Positions 1 to 11,442 of a stretch of DNA of 64,000 bases are shown one piece after another (the stretch's first letter is position 1; every line of letters begins with the position of its first letter). The notes beneath the pieces are model-generated. The model was not told the origin of the DNA. It did no database searches and worked only from the letters and a program-made list of their open reading frames with translations. Origin of the DNA: an uncultured Candidatus Rokubacteria bacterium (GTDB taxonomy: Bacteria; Methylomirabilota; Methylomirabilia; Rokubacteriales; CSP1-6); NCBI GenBank assembly GCA_963771355.1, contig CAVYTA010000006.1, positions 1,312,001-1,376,000 of the forward strand, in the 5' to 3' direction. The translations under genes and the position numbers were made by a program.

Positions 1-167
1 GCTCCCCGCCCCGTGTCCGTCCCGCGCGCATCCCCGCTCCTGCCCCCACTCCTGGCAAGATCCAGGACCGCGCGCCCGTCTCCTCCCCGCGTCAGCCGGA
101 TCAGCTCCGCCTGAGGCCGAACCCGCCGACAGCCCAGGCAGGTCCGACGGGGCGGCGATTTCGTCAC
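1..167 (-). CDS. ylxR: YlxR/RnpM (DUF448) family protein, 5' part (runs off window start)
   Basis: Not in ORF track; manual translation from GTG at 167 (overlapping nusA stop): MTKSPPRRTCLGCRRVRPQAELIRL...GRGA, the RTCxGCR/ELIR/GRGA YlxR signature, directly after nusA. Confidence 0.85.
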   Translation of the reverse strand, partial: MTKSPPRRTCLGCRRVRPQAELIRLTRGGDGRAVLDLARSGGRSGDARGTDTGRG

Positions 168-1546
168 CCCGCTTCGGACCGCGGCACGTCGTCGACGCCG
201 CCGCCCGGGTCCGCGGGCGCGGCCTCGACCATCGCCTCGTCGGCGCCGAGCTCGAGCGCCGTGACCGGCGGATGCTCGGCCACCCAGTCCGCCGCCGCCT
301 GGAGAATGGCCTCCGCCTTCTTGTCTCCCAGCCCGGGTACCGCTTCCAGCGCCTCGAGCCCGGCGCGCACGATCCGCGCGGGGGAGTAGAGGCCCGCGTC
401 CGTCAGGCGGTCCACCATCTGCGGGCCGACGCCGGCGAAGCCGGCGATGGCCTCACGTCCCAGCACGCGCTCCTCCTCGTCCCGGCGGCGCTCCTCCTCC
501 ACCTCGCCCTCACTCTTGATATCGACCCGCATCCCGGTCAGCTTGGCGGCCAGGCGCGCGTTCTGGCCGCGCTTGCCGATGGCCAGCGAGAGCTGGTTGT
601 CGGGGACGATGACGAGCACCGAGGCCTGCTCGCCCTCGTCCACACGCTCGGTCACCGTCACCGAGGACACCTTGGCCGGCGACAGCGCGCGTGCCACGAA
701 GGAGGACGGCTCCGCCGCCCACTCGACGATGTCGATCTTCTCGCCGCGCAGCTCCCGGCTGATCACCTGGATCCGGGTGCCCCGCAGGCCCACGCACGCG
801 CCGATGGGATCGACATCACGCTTGGTCGACGCGACGGCGACCTTGGCGCGCTCCCCTGCCTCGCGCGCGGCCGCGCGCACCTGCACGATGCCCTCCGCGA
901 TCTCGGGAATCTCGGCCTCGAAGAGCCGCGCCAGGAAGCCGGGATGGGTGCGCGAGAGGAGGATCTGGGGCCCCTTGGCCGTCTTCTTGACCTCCAGGAC
1001 GTAGGCGCGCACCCGGTCGCCCGGGTTGTACCGCTCGCCGGGGATCTGCTCGCGCTCGGTGATGACCCCCTCCGCCTTTCCCAGCTCCACGATCACGTTG
1101 CGCTTCTCGATGCGGTGGACCACGCCGCGGACGATCTTGCCTTCCTTGTCGATGAAATCGGAATAGATGGCGTCGCGCTCGGCGTCGCGCACCCGCTGCA
1201 GGATCACCTGCTTGGCGGTCTGCGCGGCGATCCGCCCGAATTCCTGGGGCGCCAGCTCCACCTCGATCTCGTCGTCCAGCTCCGCGGCGGCATTGAGCGC
1301 GCGGGCCTCCGCCAACCGGATCTCCAGCTTGGGATCGCCCACCGCGTCCACGACCTTCTTGCGGGCGAAGACCTGGAGGGCGCCGGTGTGGCGGTCGAGG
1401 TGCATCCGCACGTTGTCCGCCACCCCCATGGTCTTCTTCGACGCCGAGAGCAGGGCAGACTCCAGCGCATCGAAGAGAACCTCGACTCCGATCCCCTTCT
1501 CGTTGCCGATCTGCTGGATCACGTAGATGAGCTCTTTGTTGATCAC
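164..1546 (-). CDS. nusA: Transcription termination/antitermination factor NusA
   Basis: FGRIAAQTAKQVI, S1 and KH motifs (GACVG, LSLAIGKRGQNARLAAKLTG), C-terminal HhH-like repeats; follows rimP. Confidence 0.98.
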   Translation of the reverse strand: MINKELIYVIQQIGNEKGIGVEVLFDALESALLSASKKTMGVADNVRMHLDRHTGALQVFARKKVVDAVGDPKLEIRLAEARALNAAAELDDEIEVELAPQEFGRIAAQTAKQVILQRVRDAERDAIYSDFIDKEGKIVRGVVHRIEKRNVIVELGKAEGVITEREQIPGERYNPGDRVRAYVLEVKKTAKGPQILLSRTHPGFLARLFEAEIPEIAEGIVQVRAAAREAGERAKVAVASTKRDVDPIGACVGLRGTRIQVISRELRGEKIDIVEWAAEPSSFVARALSPAKVSSVTVTERVDEGEQASVLVIVPDNQLSLAIGKRGQNARLAAKLTGMRVDIKSEGEVEEERRRDEEERVLGREAIAGFAGVGPQMVDRLTDAGLYSPARIVRAGLEALEAVPGLGDKKAEAILQAAADWVAEHPPVTALELGADEAMVEAAPADPGGGVDDVPRSEAG

Positions 1547-2034
1547 GACCGACCCTGCTTCCTTGGAAACAACACCGGCACCAGACGCGCCTTGTCGAGC
1601 AGCCGCCGCGGCACCGCCTGGGTCACCTGACCCGCTTCCGCGACCGTCAAGGCTTCCGGCGTCACCGCCACCAGAACCCCCGCCAGCTCACGCCGGCCCT
1701 CCAGCGGCTCCCTCACCCAGCATCGCACTTCCTTGCCCACCGCCCAGGCGAACTCCCGATCCGACTTGAGCTCGCGGTCGAGTCCCGGGGACGAAACTTC
1801 GAGGTCGTACGGCTCGGAGATGAGCCCGGATACGTCCAGCACATCGCCCATTTCTCGGCTGAAGCGCTGGCAGTCGGCGATCCCGACACCACCGGGCTTG
1901 TCCACGTAGAACCGCAGGACCCAGCGCCGACCCTCGCGACGCCACTCCGAATCCACCAGGGTCAGACCGTGCGCTTCGAGCACCGGCGATGCCACCGCAT
2001 CGATCCGGCTGAGCCGCGCTTCCAGATCGCTCAT
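1543..2034 (-). CDS. rimP: Ribosome maturation factor RimP
   Basis: YDLEVSSPGLDREL motif; upstream of nusA. Confidence 0.97.
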   Translation of the reverse strand: MSDLEARLSRIDAVASPVLEAHGLTLVDSEWRREGRRWVLRFYVDKPGGVGIADCQRFSREMGDVLDVSGLISEPYDLEVSSPGLDRELKSDREFAWAVGKEVRCWVREPLEGRRELAGVLVAVTPEALTVAEAGQVTQAVPRRLLDKARLVPVLFPRKQGRS

Positions 2035-2059
2035 TGCCAGATCGCCCCCTCGTCTTCAG

Positions 2060-2086
2060 AAAAAAAAGTGGGCAGAGCCCACTTTT
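2060..2086 (-). terminator. rimP-leader terminator-like hairpin (attenuator)
   Basis: Minus strand AAAAGTGGGC-TCT-GCCCACTTTT followed by further T's, just downstream of the promoter and upstream of rimP. Confidence 0.8.
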
Positions 2087-2092
2087 CACGAC

Positions 2093-2121
2093 ACTTTAGC
2101 ATACGCCTCCCACCCTCGCAA
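2093..2121 (-). promoter_or_regulatory. Sigma70-type promoter of the rimP-nusA operon
   Basis: TTGCGA-N17-TAAAGT with extended -10 TG. Confidence 0.7.
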
Positions 2122-2264
2122 GAGGCGGGGGACGTCCCCGGGGGGCCGCGCCCCTCAGGGGGTGGCGACAACGCCGGGGGGAGGCGGTCGACCCGCGAGG
2201 TCGGCCTCGATCCAGGGCCGGAGGCGGGTCCCGGACCACCGGCGCGCGGTCACCACGGCCGAGG

Positions 2265-3968
2265 TCACGCGGTGGCGAGTCGGGCGGCGATGTCCTTCAC
2301 GGTGGCCAGCACGTGATCGCGGGGCACCTTGTGATCGCGGCGGGTGGCGCGCTCGCGGATCTCCACGATGCCCTCCTTCACCAGCCCCTGCCCCACCGTG
2401 ACCCGGAGCGGGCAGCCGAGCAGGTCGGCGTCCTTGAACTTGACGCCGGCGCGCTCGTCGCGATCATCGATGAGCACGTCGAACCCGGCGGCGCCCAGCT
2501 CCGCGTAGATCGTTTCCGCGGCGGCGGACTGGGTGGCATCCTTGATCGCCACCGGGACCACATGGACCTGGAAGGGCGCGATGGCCCAGGGCCAGAGGAT
2601 GCCGTCGGCGTCGTGGCGCTGCTCGATGGCGGCGGCGGTGATGCGCGCGGGACCGATGCCGTACGAGCCCATGACGATGGGGCGCTGCTGCCCGCTCTCG
2701 TCGAGGTAGACGGCGTTGAGCGCCTCCGAATACGTCGTGCCCAGCTTGAAGATGTTGCCGATCTCGATGACCCGCTCCACTGTGAGCGGCTTGCCGCAGC
2801 GAGGACAGCCCTCGCCCGGGAGCGCCACCTGCAGATCCACGAACTCGCAGGCGAAGTCCTGCCCGGGCGCGACGCCGGTGAGGTGATAGCCCTCGCGGTT
2901 GGCGCCCACCACGTAGCGGCCCTCACGCAGGGACTCGTCGGCGAGCACGCGCGAGACGCCGTTGACCTTCACGGGCCCGATGGAGCCCGGTGCCACGCCG
3001 AGATGCTGGCGCACCTCCTCGGGCTGGGCGGGGCGCGCCTCCGCCCGCAGGGCCCGGGCCAGCTTGCGCTCGTGCAGCCCGTGGTCGCCGCGGACCAGTG
3101 CCAGCACCGGACCCGCCGGCCCCATGAACACCAGCGACTTGATGGTCAGCGCCGGGTCCACCTTGAGCTGCGCGGACACCTCGGCGATGGTCTTTGCGTC
3201 AGGGGTCGCCACCTCATCGGGAGCGCTCCAGGGCGCGGCGGGGGTGACGGGCACCCCGCGGGCGAGCTCGACGTTGGCGGCATAGCCGCAGGCCGGGCAC
3301 AGCGCCACGTCGTCCTCGCCGGCCGCGCTGGGCGCCATGAACTCGTGGGACCCCGAGCCGCCCATCATGCCGGGATCCGAGTCCACCACGATGTAGCGCA
3401 CGCCGCAGCGCTCGAAGATGCGGCAATACGCGTCGTGGTGGGCCTGGTAGGAGCGGTCCAGCGCCGCCGCGTCGGGATCGAGGGTGTAGGCGTCCTTCAT
3501 GAGGAACTCGCGCGTCCGCAGCACGCCGGAGCGCGGCCGCGCCTCGTCGCGCTCCTTGGTCTGGATCTGGTACCAGATCTGGGGCAGGTCACGGTAGGAC
3601 CTGATCTCCTTGGAGGCCAGCCACGCGATCACCTCCTCGTGCGTCATGCCCAGGCACAGATCGCGGCCGTAGCGATCCTTGAGACGGAACATCTCCGCCC
3701 CGATCGCGTCCCAGCGGCCGGACTGCTGCCAGATCTCGGCGGGGAGGAGCACCGGCATGGTGATCTCCTGCCCGCCGATGGCGTTCATCTCCCCGCGGAT
3801 GATGGCGTTCACCTTCTCGAGCACGCGCTGGCCAAGCGGGAGATACACGTAGATGCCGGCGGCGAGCTGGCGGACGAGTCCGGCCCGCACCATGAGGCGA
3901 TGGCTCACCGCCTCGGCGTCGGCGGGGTCGTCACGCAGGGTAGGGATGAGGCTGCGATTCCAGCGCAC
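2265..3968 (-). CDS. proS: Proline--tRNA ligase (bacterial type with INS editing domain)
   Basis: Start re-called to GTG 3968 (MRWNRSLIPTLRDDPADAEAVSHRL); RDEARPRSGVLRTREFLMKDAY, IEIGNIFKLG, MGSYGIG motifs. Confidence 0.97.
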   Translation of the reverse strand: MRWNRSLIPTLRDDPADAEAVSHRLMVRAGLVRQLAAGIYVYLPLGQRVLEKVNAIIRGEMNAIGGQEITMPVLLPAEIWQQSGRWDAIGAEMFRLKDRYGRDLCLGMTHEEVIAWLASKEIRSYRDLPQIWYQIQTKERDEARPRSGVLRTREFLMKDAYTLDPDAAALDRSYQAHHDAYCRIFERCGVRYIVVDSDPGMMGGSGSHEFMAPSAAGEDDVALCPACGYAANVELARGVPVTPAAPWSAPDEVATPDAKTIAEVSAQLKVDPALTIKSLVFMGPAGPVLALVRGDHGLHERKLARALRAEARPAQPEEVRQHLGVAPGSIGPVKVNGVSRVLADESLREGRYVVGANREGYHLTGVAPGQDFACEFVDLQVALPGEGCPRCGKPLTVERVIEIGNIFKLGTTYSEALNAVYLDESGQQRPIVMGSYGIGPARITAAAIEQRHDADGILWPWAIAPFQVHVVPVAIKDATQSAAAETIYAELGAAGFDVLIDDRDERAGVKFKDADLLGCPLRVTVGQGLVKEGIVEIRERATRRDHKVPRDHVLATVKDIAARLATA

Positions 3969-3970
3969 CC

Positions 3971-4312
3971 TCAGGCCTCTTTGGGCGGGAGCGGCACCTT
4001 GTTGGGGCCCGGCACGCCGGGTTCGTAGATCAGGCGCGCGACCGGCCGCCCGCCCAGGATGTGGGACTCGACGATCTCGGCGAGATCCGACTCGGCGACG
4101 CCGTGATACCAGACGTTGTCGGGGTAGATCACCATCATCGGCCCGTGCCCGCACTGGGAGAAGCACCCCGCCTTGTTGACTCGGACTTCCTTGTGCTTGC
4201 CCGCGGTGGCGACGGCGGTGCGCAGGGTCTTGACCATCTTTTCCACGTCACCCTGCTGGGGACAGGTCTCCCCAGACGTGCAGACGAACACGTGACACGC
4301 GTACTGGCCCAT
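3971..4312 (-). CDS. Thioredoxin-like [2Fe-2S] ferredoxin
   Basis: HVFVC...C...GCFSQCGHGPMMVIYPDNVWY...IVESHILGGRPV family pattern. Confidence 0.9.
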   Translation of the reverse strand: MGQYACHVFVCTSGETCPQQGDVEKMVKTLRTAVATAGKHKEVRVNKAGCFSQCGHGPMMVIYPDNVWYHGVAESDLAEIVESHILGGRPVARLIYEPGVPGPNKVPLPPKEA

Positions 4313-4330
4313 GGTCCCTCGCCTCGGTGG

Positions 4331-5695
4331 CTAGCGGAAGAAGCGTAAGACGTCGATGCGCACCAGATCGTTGTACACCGCATACACCATCAGCATCATC
4401 AGCAGCACGAAGCCCACCTGCTGAGCCACCTCACGCTTTCGCAGCGACAGCGGACGGCCCAGGATCGCCTCGCACACGAAGAAGAGCAGGTGCCCGCCGT
4501 CGAGCATGGGCACCGGCAGCAGGTTGAGCAGCGCCAGGTTCACGCTGATCACCGCGGTGAAGAAGGCCAGGCTCGGCAGCCCCTGCCGGGCCTGCTCCCC
4601 CGCCGCCTGCGCGATCTGGATGGGCCCGCCGATGTTGGAGCGGTCGAGCTGTCCCACCACGATCTTCCACAGGCCGGTGGCGGTCAGCGCGGTGACCTCC
4701 ACCGTCTTCTGCACCCCGTCGCGCAGCGCGAGGATGGGATTTTCCCGCACGTAGGTGGTGCCGGGGGCGGGGCTGATCCCGATGCGCCCGACCTCGGCTT
4801 CCTTCCCGTCCGGCCCCCGGTCCTTGACCGCGCGCGGGGTGACCGTGAGGGCGACGCGCTCGGTGCCCCGCTGCACCACCAGGCGTGTGGGCTGGCCGGG
4901 GCGGCGGTTGATGGCCTCGGCCAGATCGGACCAGGACAGCACCGGCCGGCCCTCGATCTCCACCACGGTGTCGCCGGGCCGGAGCCCCGCCTCGGCGGCG
5001 GGGAAACCCGATACCGTGTCGCCGATGACCGGCGCGATGTAGGGACCCATGCCGACGTCCCAGACCTCGCGCTCGTCGCCGAAGATGTCCCGCTCCTTCA
5101 GCCGCGTCGGCGTCACCGTGACCTTGCGCTCGCCGCCGGGCACTCCGATCACCGTCAGCTCGATGGCCCGCCCCTGCCCCTCCTGCACGGAGCGGAGCAC
5201 ATCCTCCCAGTACTTCACCGGGCGGCCGTCGACCGCCACGACCTTGTCCCCGGTGGCGAGCCCCACCTTGGCGGCGGCCCCGTCCGGGGCGACGCGGCCG
5301 ACGACGGGCGGCAGCGCCGGTCTCCCCACGAACATGAACACGAGGGCGAAGATGACGGCGGCGAGGACGAAGTTCATCCCGGGACCCGCGAAGACGATGA
5401 GGAAGCGGGCGATGAGGGACTTGCCGTGGAAGGCCTTGGTCGGATCCACCGTCGGTCCCGCGCCGCCCTCGAGCGGATTCTCGTCGTCGCCCATCATCTT
5501 CACGTAGCCGCCCATGGGAATGGCGGAGAGGCAGTATTCGGTCTCCTTCCCCCGGTAGCGCCAGAGGACAGGGCCGAAGCCGATGGAGAAGCGCTCCACG
5601 CCCACGCCGAAGAGCCGCGCCACCACGAAATGTCCGAGCTCGTGGATGACGATGAGGATCCCGATCACGATGATGAAAGCCAGAACCGACGTCAC
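4331..5695 (-). CDS. rseP: RIP metalloprotease RseP with two PDZ domains
   Basis: Start re-called to GTG 5695; HELGH, FSIGFG, NLLPVPMLDGG motifs. Confidence 0.97.
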   Translation of the reverse strand: MTSVLAFIIVIGILIVIHELGHFVVARLFGVGVERFSIGFGPVLWRYRGKETEYCLSAIPMGGYVKMMGDDENPLEGGAGPTVDPTKAFHGKSLIARFLIVFAGPGMNFVLAAVIFALVFMFVGRPALPPVVGRVAPDGAAAKVGLATGDKVVAVDGRPVKYWEDVLRSVQEGQGRAIELTVIGVPGGERKVTVTPTRLKERDIFGDEREVWDVGMGPYIAPVIGDTVSGFPAAEAGLRPGDTVVEIEGRPVLSWSDLAEAINRRPGQPTRLVVQRGTERVALTVTPRAVKDRGPDGKEAEVGRIGISPAPGTTYVRENPILALRDGVQKTVEVTALTATGLWKIVVGQLDRSNIGGPIQIAQAAGEQARQGLPSLAFFTAVISVNLALLNLLPVPMLDGGHLLFFVCEAILGRPLSLRKREVAQQVGFVLLMMLMVYAVYNDLVRIDVLRFFR

Positions 5696-6888
5696 GTCGC
5701 GTTCCTCCCGGTGGCACGCGGCGCCGAGGGGACCCCGGCGGGCAGCCACCCCGCCACCGCCCGGCGCGTCTCGTCGTCCACATGTACGCATGTTTCGATG
5801 TCGGCGAGCCCCCGTGCCGGCACGTGCGCGAGGGCCCGCTCGATCAATTGGGCAATCTCGACGAAGCGAATCCGCCCTTCGAGGAAGGCGGCCACCGCCA
5901 TCTCGTTGGCGGCATTGAGCACCACCGTCGCCACCCCGCCCGCCTGGAGCGCGCGGCGGGCGAGGGCGAGGCAGGGGAACCGGTCGGTGTCGGGCGCTTC
6001 GAAGGTCAGCGCCCCCACGCGCGTGAGGTCGAGGCGCTCCGCCGCCGCGGGCAGCCGCGACGGATAGGTGAAGGCATAGAGGATGGGGATGCCCATGTCG
6101 GCCACCCCGAGCTGGGCGATCACCGAGCCATCCACGTACTCCACCATGGAGTGCACGATCGACTGCGGGTGCACCACCACCTGCACGCGCTCGGGCTCCA
6201 CGTCGAAGAGCCAGCGCGCCTCGATGACCTCGAGCCCCTTGTTCATGAGGGTGGCGGAGTCCACCGTGATCTTGGCGCCCATCTTCCAGGTGGGATGATT
6301 GAGCGCCTGCTCCACCGTGACGTGCTCCAGGTCTGCCTTCGTCATCCGGCGGAAGGGCCCCCCGGAGGCGGTGAGGAGGATCCGATGCACCTCCGCGCGA
6401 TTGTGGCCGACCAGACACTGGAACACCGCGCTGTGCTCGGAGTCTACCGGCAGGAGGGAAACTCCCGCGGTCCGCGCGGCCGCGGTCATGAGGCTCCCCG
6501 CCATGACCAGCGTCTCCTTGTTGGCCAGCGCCACCGTCTTGCCGGACCGGATGGCGGCCATGGTGGGCAGCAGCCCCGCCCCGCCCACGATGGCCGACAG
6601 CAGCACCTCGGCCTCCACCTCGGCCGCGAGCGTCACCAGACCGGCGGCGCCCCGGAGCATCTCGGGATGCGGCCGGGGCAGGAGCCGCGCCACCGCGTCC
6701 ACCGCGTCCCCTTCGGACAGGGCGAGCGCGCGCGGGCGATGCTTGAGGCACAGATCGGCCACCAGCTCGGGATTGGATCCGCGTGCGGCGAGCCCCTCCA
6801 CGCGGAACTCGCCGGGGAACTGATCCACCAGATCGAGCGCCCGGCGCCCCACCGAGCCGGTCGCGCCGAGGAGGACCAGCCGCTTCAC
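5692..6888 (-). CDS. dxr: 1-deoxy-D-xylulose-5-phosphate reductoisomerase
   Basis: Start GTG 6888; LGATGSVG, LANKE, PVDSEH, TASGGPFR, WKMGAKITVDSATLMNKGLEVIEA. Confidence 0.98.
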   Translation of the reverse strand: MKRLVLLGATGSVGRRALDLVDQFPGEFRVEGLAARGSNPELVADLCLKHRPRALALSEGDAVDAVARLLPRPHPEMLRGAAGLVTLAAEVEAEVLLSAIVGGAGLLPTMAAIRSGKTVALANKETLVMAGSLMTAAARTAGVSLLPVDSEHSAVFQCLVGHNRAEVHRILLTASGGPFRRMTKADLEHVTVEQALNHPTWKMGAKITVDSATLMNKGLEVIEARWLFDVEPERVQVVVHPQSIVHSMVEYVDGSVIAQLGVADMGIPILYAFTYPSRLPAAAERLDLTRVGALTFEAPDTDRFPCLALARRALQAGGVATVVLNAANEMAVAAFLEGRIRFVEIAQLIERALAHVPARGLADIETCVHVDDETRRAVAGWLPAGVPSAPRATGRNAT

Positions 6889-7745
6889 TGGAGCCCCCGC
6901 ATGTGCGCGGCGCAATAAAAGAGCACCGGCGTATTGAAGAGCAGGCTGTCGATGCGGTCGAGCACTCCGCCGTGACCGGGGATGAGGCTCCCGGTGTCCT
7001 TGGTGCCCACGCTGCGCTTGAGCGCGGACTCCACGAGGTCGCCGATCTGGCCGGACACGCCCAGGGCCAGTCCCACCAGCGCCGCGCCGGCCAGCCCCAG
7101 CGCGGGGAAGAACCACATCTGCGCGATCACCGCCGCCAGCACCGAGACCACGAGCTGCGCGAGGGCGCCCTCCACGGTCTTCTTGGGGCTCACCATGGGC
7201 GCGAGCCGATGGCGCCCGGCGGCGGAGCCGACCAGATAGGCGGCGGTCTCCCCCAGCCACGTCACCCACACCAGGAGCAGCACCCACTCCTTCCCCGACT
7301 CGAGGTCGCGCAGCCAGAAGGCATAGCCCAGCAGCCAGTTCACGTACAGGATTCCGAACACCGTGACCACCGCCGGCTGCCATTCCATCTGCCCGAGGCG
7401 CTGCTGCCACAGGGCGGCGGTGAGCGCGCCCAGGAGCACGGCGGTGAGCATCACCCGCTCCGACACCGGCAGCGCGAAGCTGGCGGTGACGAGCACGCCC
7501 CCCAGCAGGCCCAGCCCCCTCATGGTCCGCACGCCCGCGCGCTCGAACATCCCGGTGAACTCCCACTGCCCCAGCGCCCCCAGGAGCACGATGATGGTGC
7601 CGAAGAGCCAGAGCGGCCCGGCCATCACCAGCCAAAGGAAGAGCGGGAGCAGCACGAGCGTGCTGAGCCCCCGCCGGAGCAGGGCCGCGCCCCGGGAGGG
7701 CGCCGCGGTGGCGCGGGGGAGGGACATGTCCTCCGCCCCGCCCAT
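6885..7745 (-). CDS. cdsA: Phosphatidate cytidylyltransferase
   Basis: Hydrophobic; SPKKTVEG and GDLVESALKRSVGTKDTGSLIPGHGGVLDRIDS motifs; start 7745 or 7727. Confidence 0.95.
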   Translation of the reverse strand: MGGAEDMSLPRATAAPSRGAALLRRGLSTLVLLPLFLWLVMAGPLWLFGTIIVLLGALGQWEFTGMFERAGVRTMRGLGLLGGVLVTASFALPVSERVMLTAVLLGALTAALWQQRLGQMEWQPAVVTVFGILYVNWLLGYAFWLRDLESGKEWVLLLVWVTWLGETAAYLVGSAAGRHRLAPMVSPKKTVEGALAQLVVSVLAAVIAQMWFFPALGLAGAALVGLALGVSGQIGDLVESALKRSVGTKDTGSLIPGHGGVLDRIDSLLFNTPVLFYCAAHMRGLQ

Positions 7746-8527
7746 CACACGCGTCCGAATCGGCGATCGCGGCGCTGGAACTCGGCGACGGCCACGTGGA
7801 GGTCGCGCACGCCGAAGTCCGGCCAGAGCGTGGGCGTCACCCACAGCTCGGTATACGCGATTTGCCAGAGGAGGAAGTTGGAAACCCGCATCTCCCCGCT
7901 CGTGCGGATGAGGAGATCGGGATCGGGCATGCCGTCGGTGTAGAGCGCCCGCGCCACCGCGGCCTCGTCGATGCTCTCCGGATCGAGCGCGCCCGCGCGC
8001 ACCTCCCGCGCCAGGCCGCGCACCGCATCCACGATCTCGTCGCGGCCACCGTAGTTCAGCGCGAGCACCAGGGTGAGGCCGGTATTGGCGGCGGTCTCCG
8101 TGACCACGTGCTCGATGCGCCGCCGCACGCCGGGAGGAATGCCGGCGGAGCGGCCGATCACGCGGAAGCGGACGTTCTTCGCCATGAGATCGGGCAGCTC
8201 CCCGTCGATCGTACGCTCCAGGAGCGTCATGAGGAACGAGACCTCGGTCTCGGGCCGCTGCCAATTCTCGGACGAGAACGCGTAGAGGGTGAGGAAGTCG
8301 ATGCCGAGCTCCCCCACCTGACGCACCGTCTCGCGCACCGCCTTGACGCCCTGATGATGGCCGGCCACCCGCGGCAGCCCGCGCCGCGTCGCCCAGCGGC
8401 CGTTGCCGTCCATGATGATCGCGACATGGCGGGGACGGGGGCGGGCCAAGACACGGCTCCGGAGCTCCGCTTCAGGAAGGCGCGAGAGCTCGGCCACGGA
8501 AACGCCGGAGGCCGGGGGAAACGCCAT
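7745..8527 (-). CDS. uppS: Undecaprenyl diphosphate synthase (isoprenyl transferase)
   Basis: HVAIIMDGNGRWA, YAFSSENW, DLLIRTSGEMRVSNFLLWQ; start ATG 8527 lies 8 nt after a TACACT -10 box. Confidence 0.96.
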   Translation of the reverse strand: MAFPPASGVSVAELSRLPEAELRSRVLARPRPRHVAIIMDGNGRWATRRGLPRVAGHHQGVKAVRETVRQVGELGIDFLTLYAFSSENWQRPETEVSFLMTLLERTIDGELPDLMAKNVRFRVIGRSAGIPPGVRRRIEHVVTETAANTGLTLVLALNYGGRDEIVDAVRGLAREVRAGALDPESIDEAAVARALYTDGMPDPDLLIRTSGEMRVSNFLLWQIAYTELWVTPTLWPDFGVRDLHVAVAEFQRRDRRFGRV

Positions 8528-8607
8528 GGGCCTCAAGTGTACCGGAGGCAGCAAGAGACTGCCAGGAAAATCAGGCGTTTCGTCCACGCCGGGCGGCGGC
8601 GGCGCGC

Positions 8608-9165
8608 CTATATCGCGAGGACCTCGCCTTCCTTCTTCTTCGAGAGCTCGTCCACCTTCCCGATGTACCGGTCGGTGCTCTTCTGGATGGTGTCGTGCCC
8701 TCGGCGCTCCTCGTCCTGCGAGACCTTCTTGTCCTTGGCGAGGCCCTTGAGCTTGTCGTTGGCCTCGCGGCGGACATTGCGGATGGACACCCGCGCGTCC
8801 TCGGCGAACTTGTGCACCGTCTTGGCGAGCTGCTTGCGCCGCTCCTCGGTGAGCGTGGGCATGGTGAGCCGAATGACCTTGCCGTCACTGGAGGGAGTGA
8901 GGCCAAGATCCGACTTCTGGATCGCCTTTTCGATCGCGCTCGTCGTGGACACGTCCCACGGCTGGATGACGAGCGTCCGGGGATCCGAGACGGCGGTGGA
9001 AGCCACCTGGTTGATCGGCACCAGGTTGCCGTAGGCCTCGACCCGGATCGAATCGAGAAGGGCGGTGTTCGCCCGGCCGGTGCGGACGCCCCCGAGCTCC
9101 CGGGCGAGGAGGTCCACCGCCACCTGCATCCGCGCTTCCATGTCCTTGATCAAGGCCTCATGCAT
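8608..9165 (-). CDS. frr: Ribosome recycling factor
   Basis: RTGRAN, LTEERRKQL, IRNVRREAND motifs; alternative GTG start at 9174. Confidence 0.97.
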   Translation of the reverse strand: MHEALIKDMEARMQVAVDLLARELGGVRTGRANTALLDSIRVEAYGNLVPINQVASTAVSDPRTLVIQPWDVSTTSAIEKAIQKSDLGLTPSSDGKVIRLTMPTLTEERRKQLAKTVHKFAEDARVSIRNVRREANDKLKGLAKDKKVSQDEERRGHDTIQKSTDRYIGKVDELSKKKEGEVLAI

Positions 9166-9170
9166 CGCAC

Positions 9171-11317
<2,147 letters not shown>

Positions 11318-11334
11318 AGTGCCGTCCTTTCGGT

Positions 11335-11432
11335 TCGCCTCCGACCGTCGAGCGGCGGGGCCCCGAGGGCCGCCGCGCTTCCCCGCCGCGCCCCCTGAAG
11401 GGCCGCGGAGACCGAAGCTCGCGGTCGTGCGT
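11335..11432 (-). promoter_or_regulatory. Putative structured rpsB (S2) leader RNA
   Basis: Minus-strand CGACCG...CGGTCG closing stem enclosing GC-rich hairpins and followed by GGAGG, in the 5' region of rpsB where S2 autoregulatory leaders occur. Confidence 0.5.
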
Positions 11433-11442
11433 CGTTAACTTC

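Noticed and set aside
2125..2264. GC-rich intergenic stretch after proS with possible hairpins (ncRNA?)
   Set aside because: No recognisable RNA family motif; pairing expected by chance at this GC content
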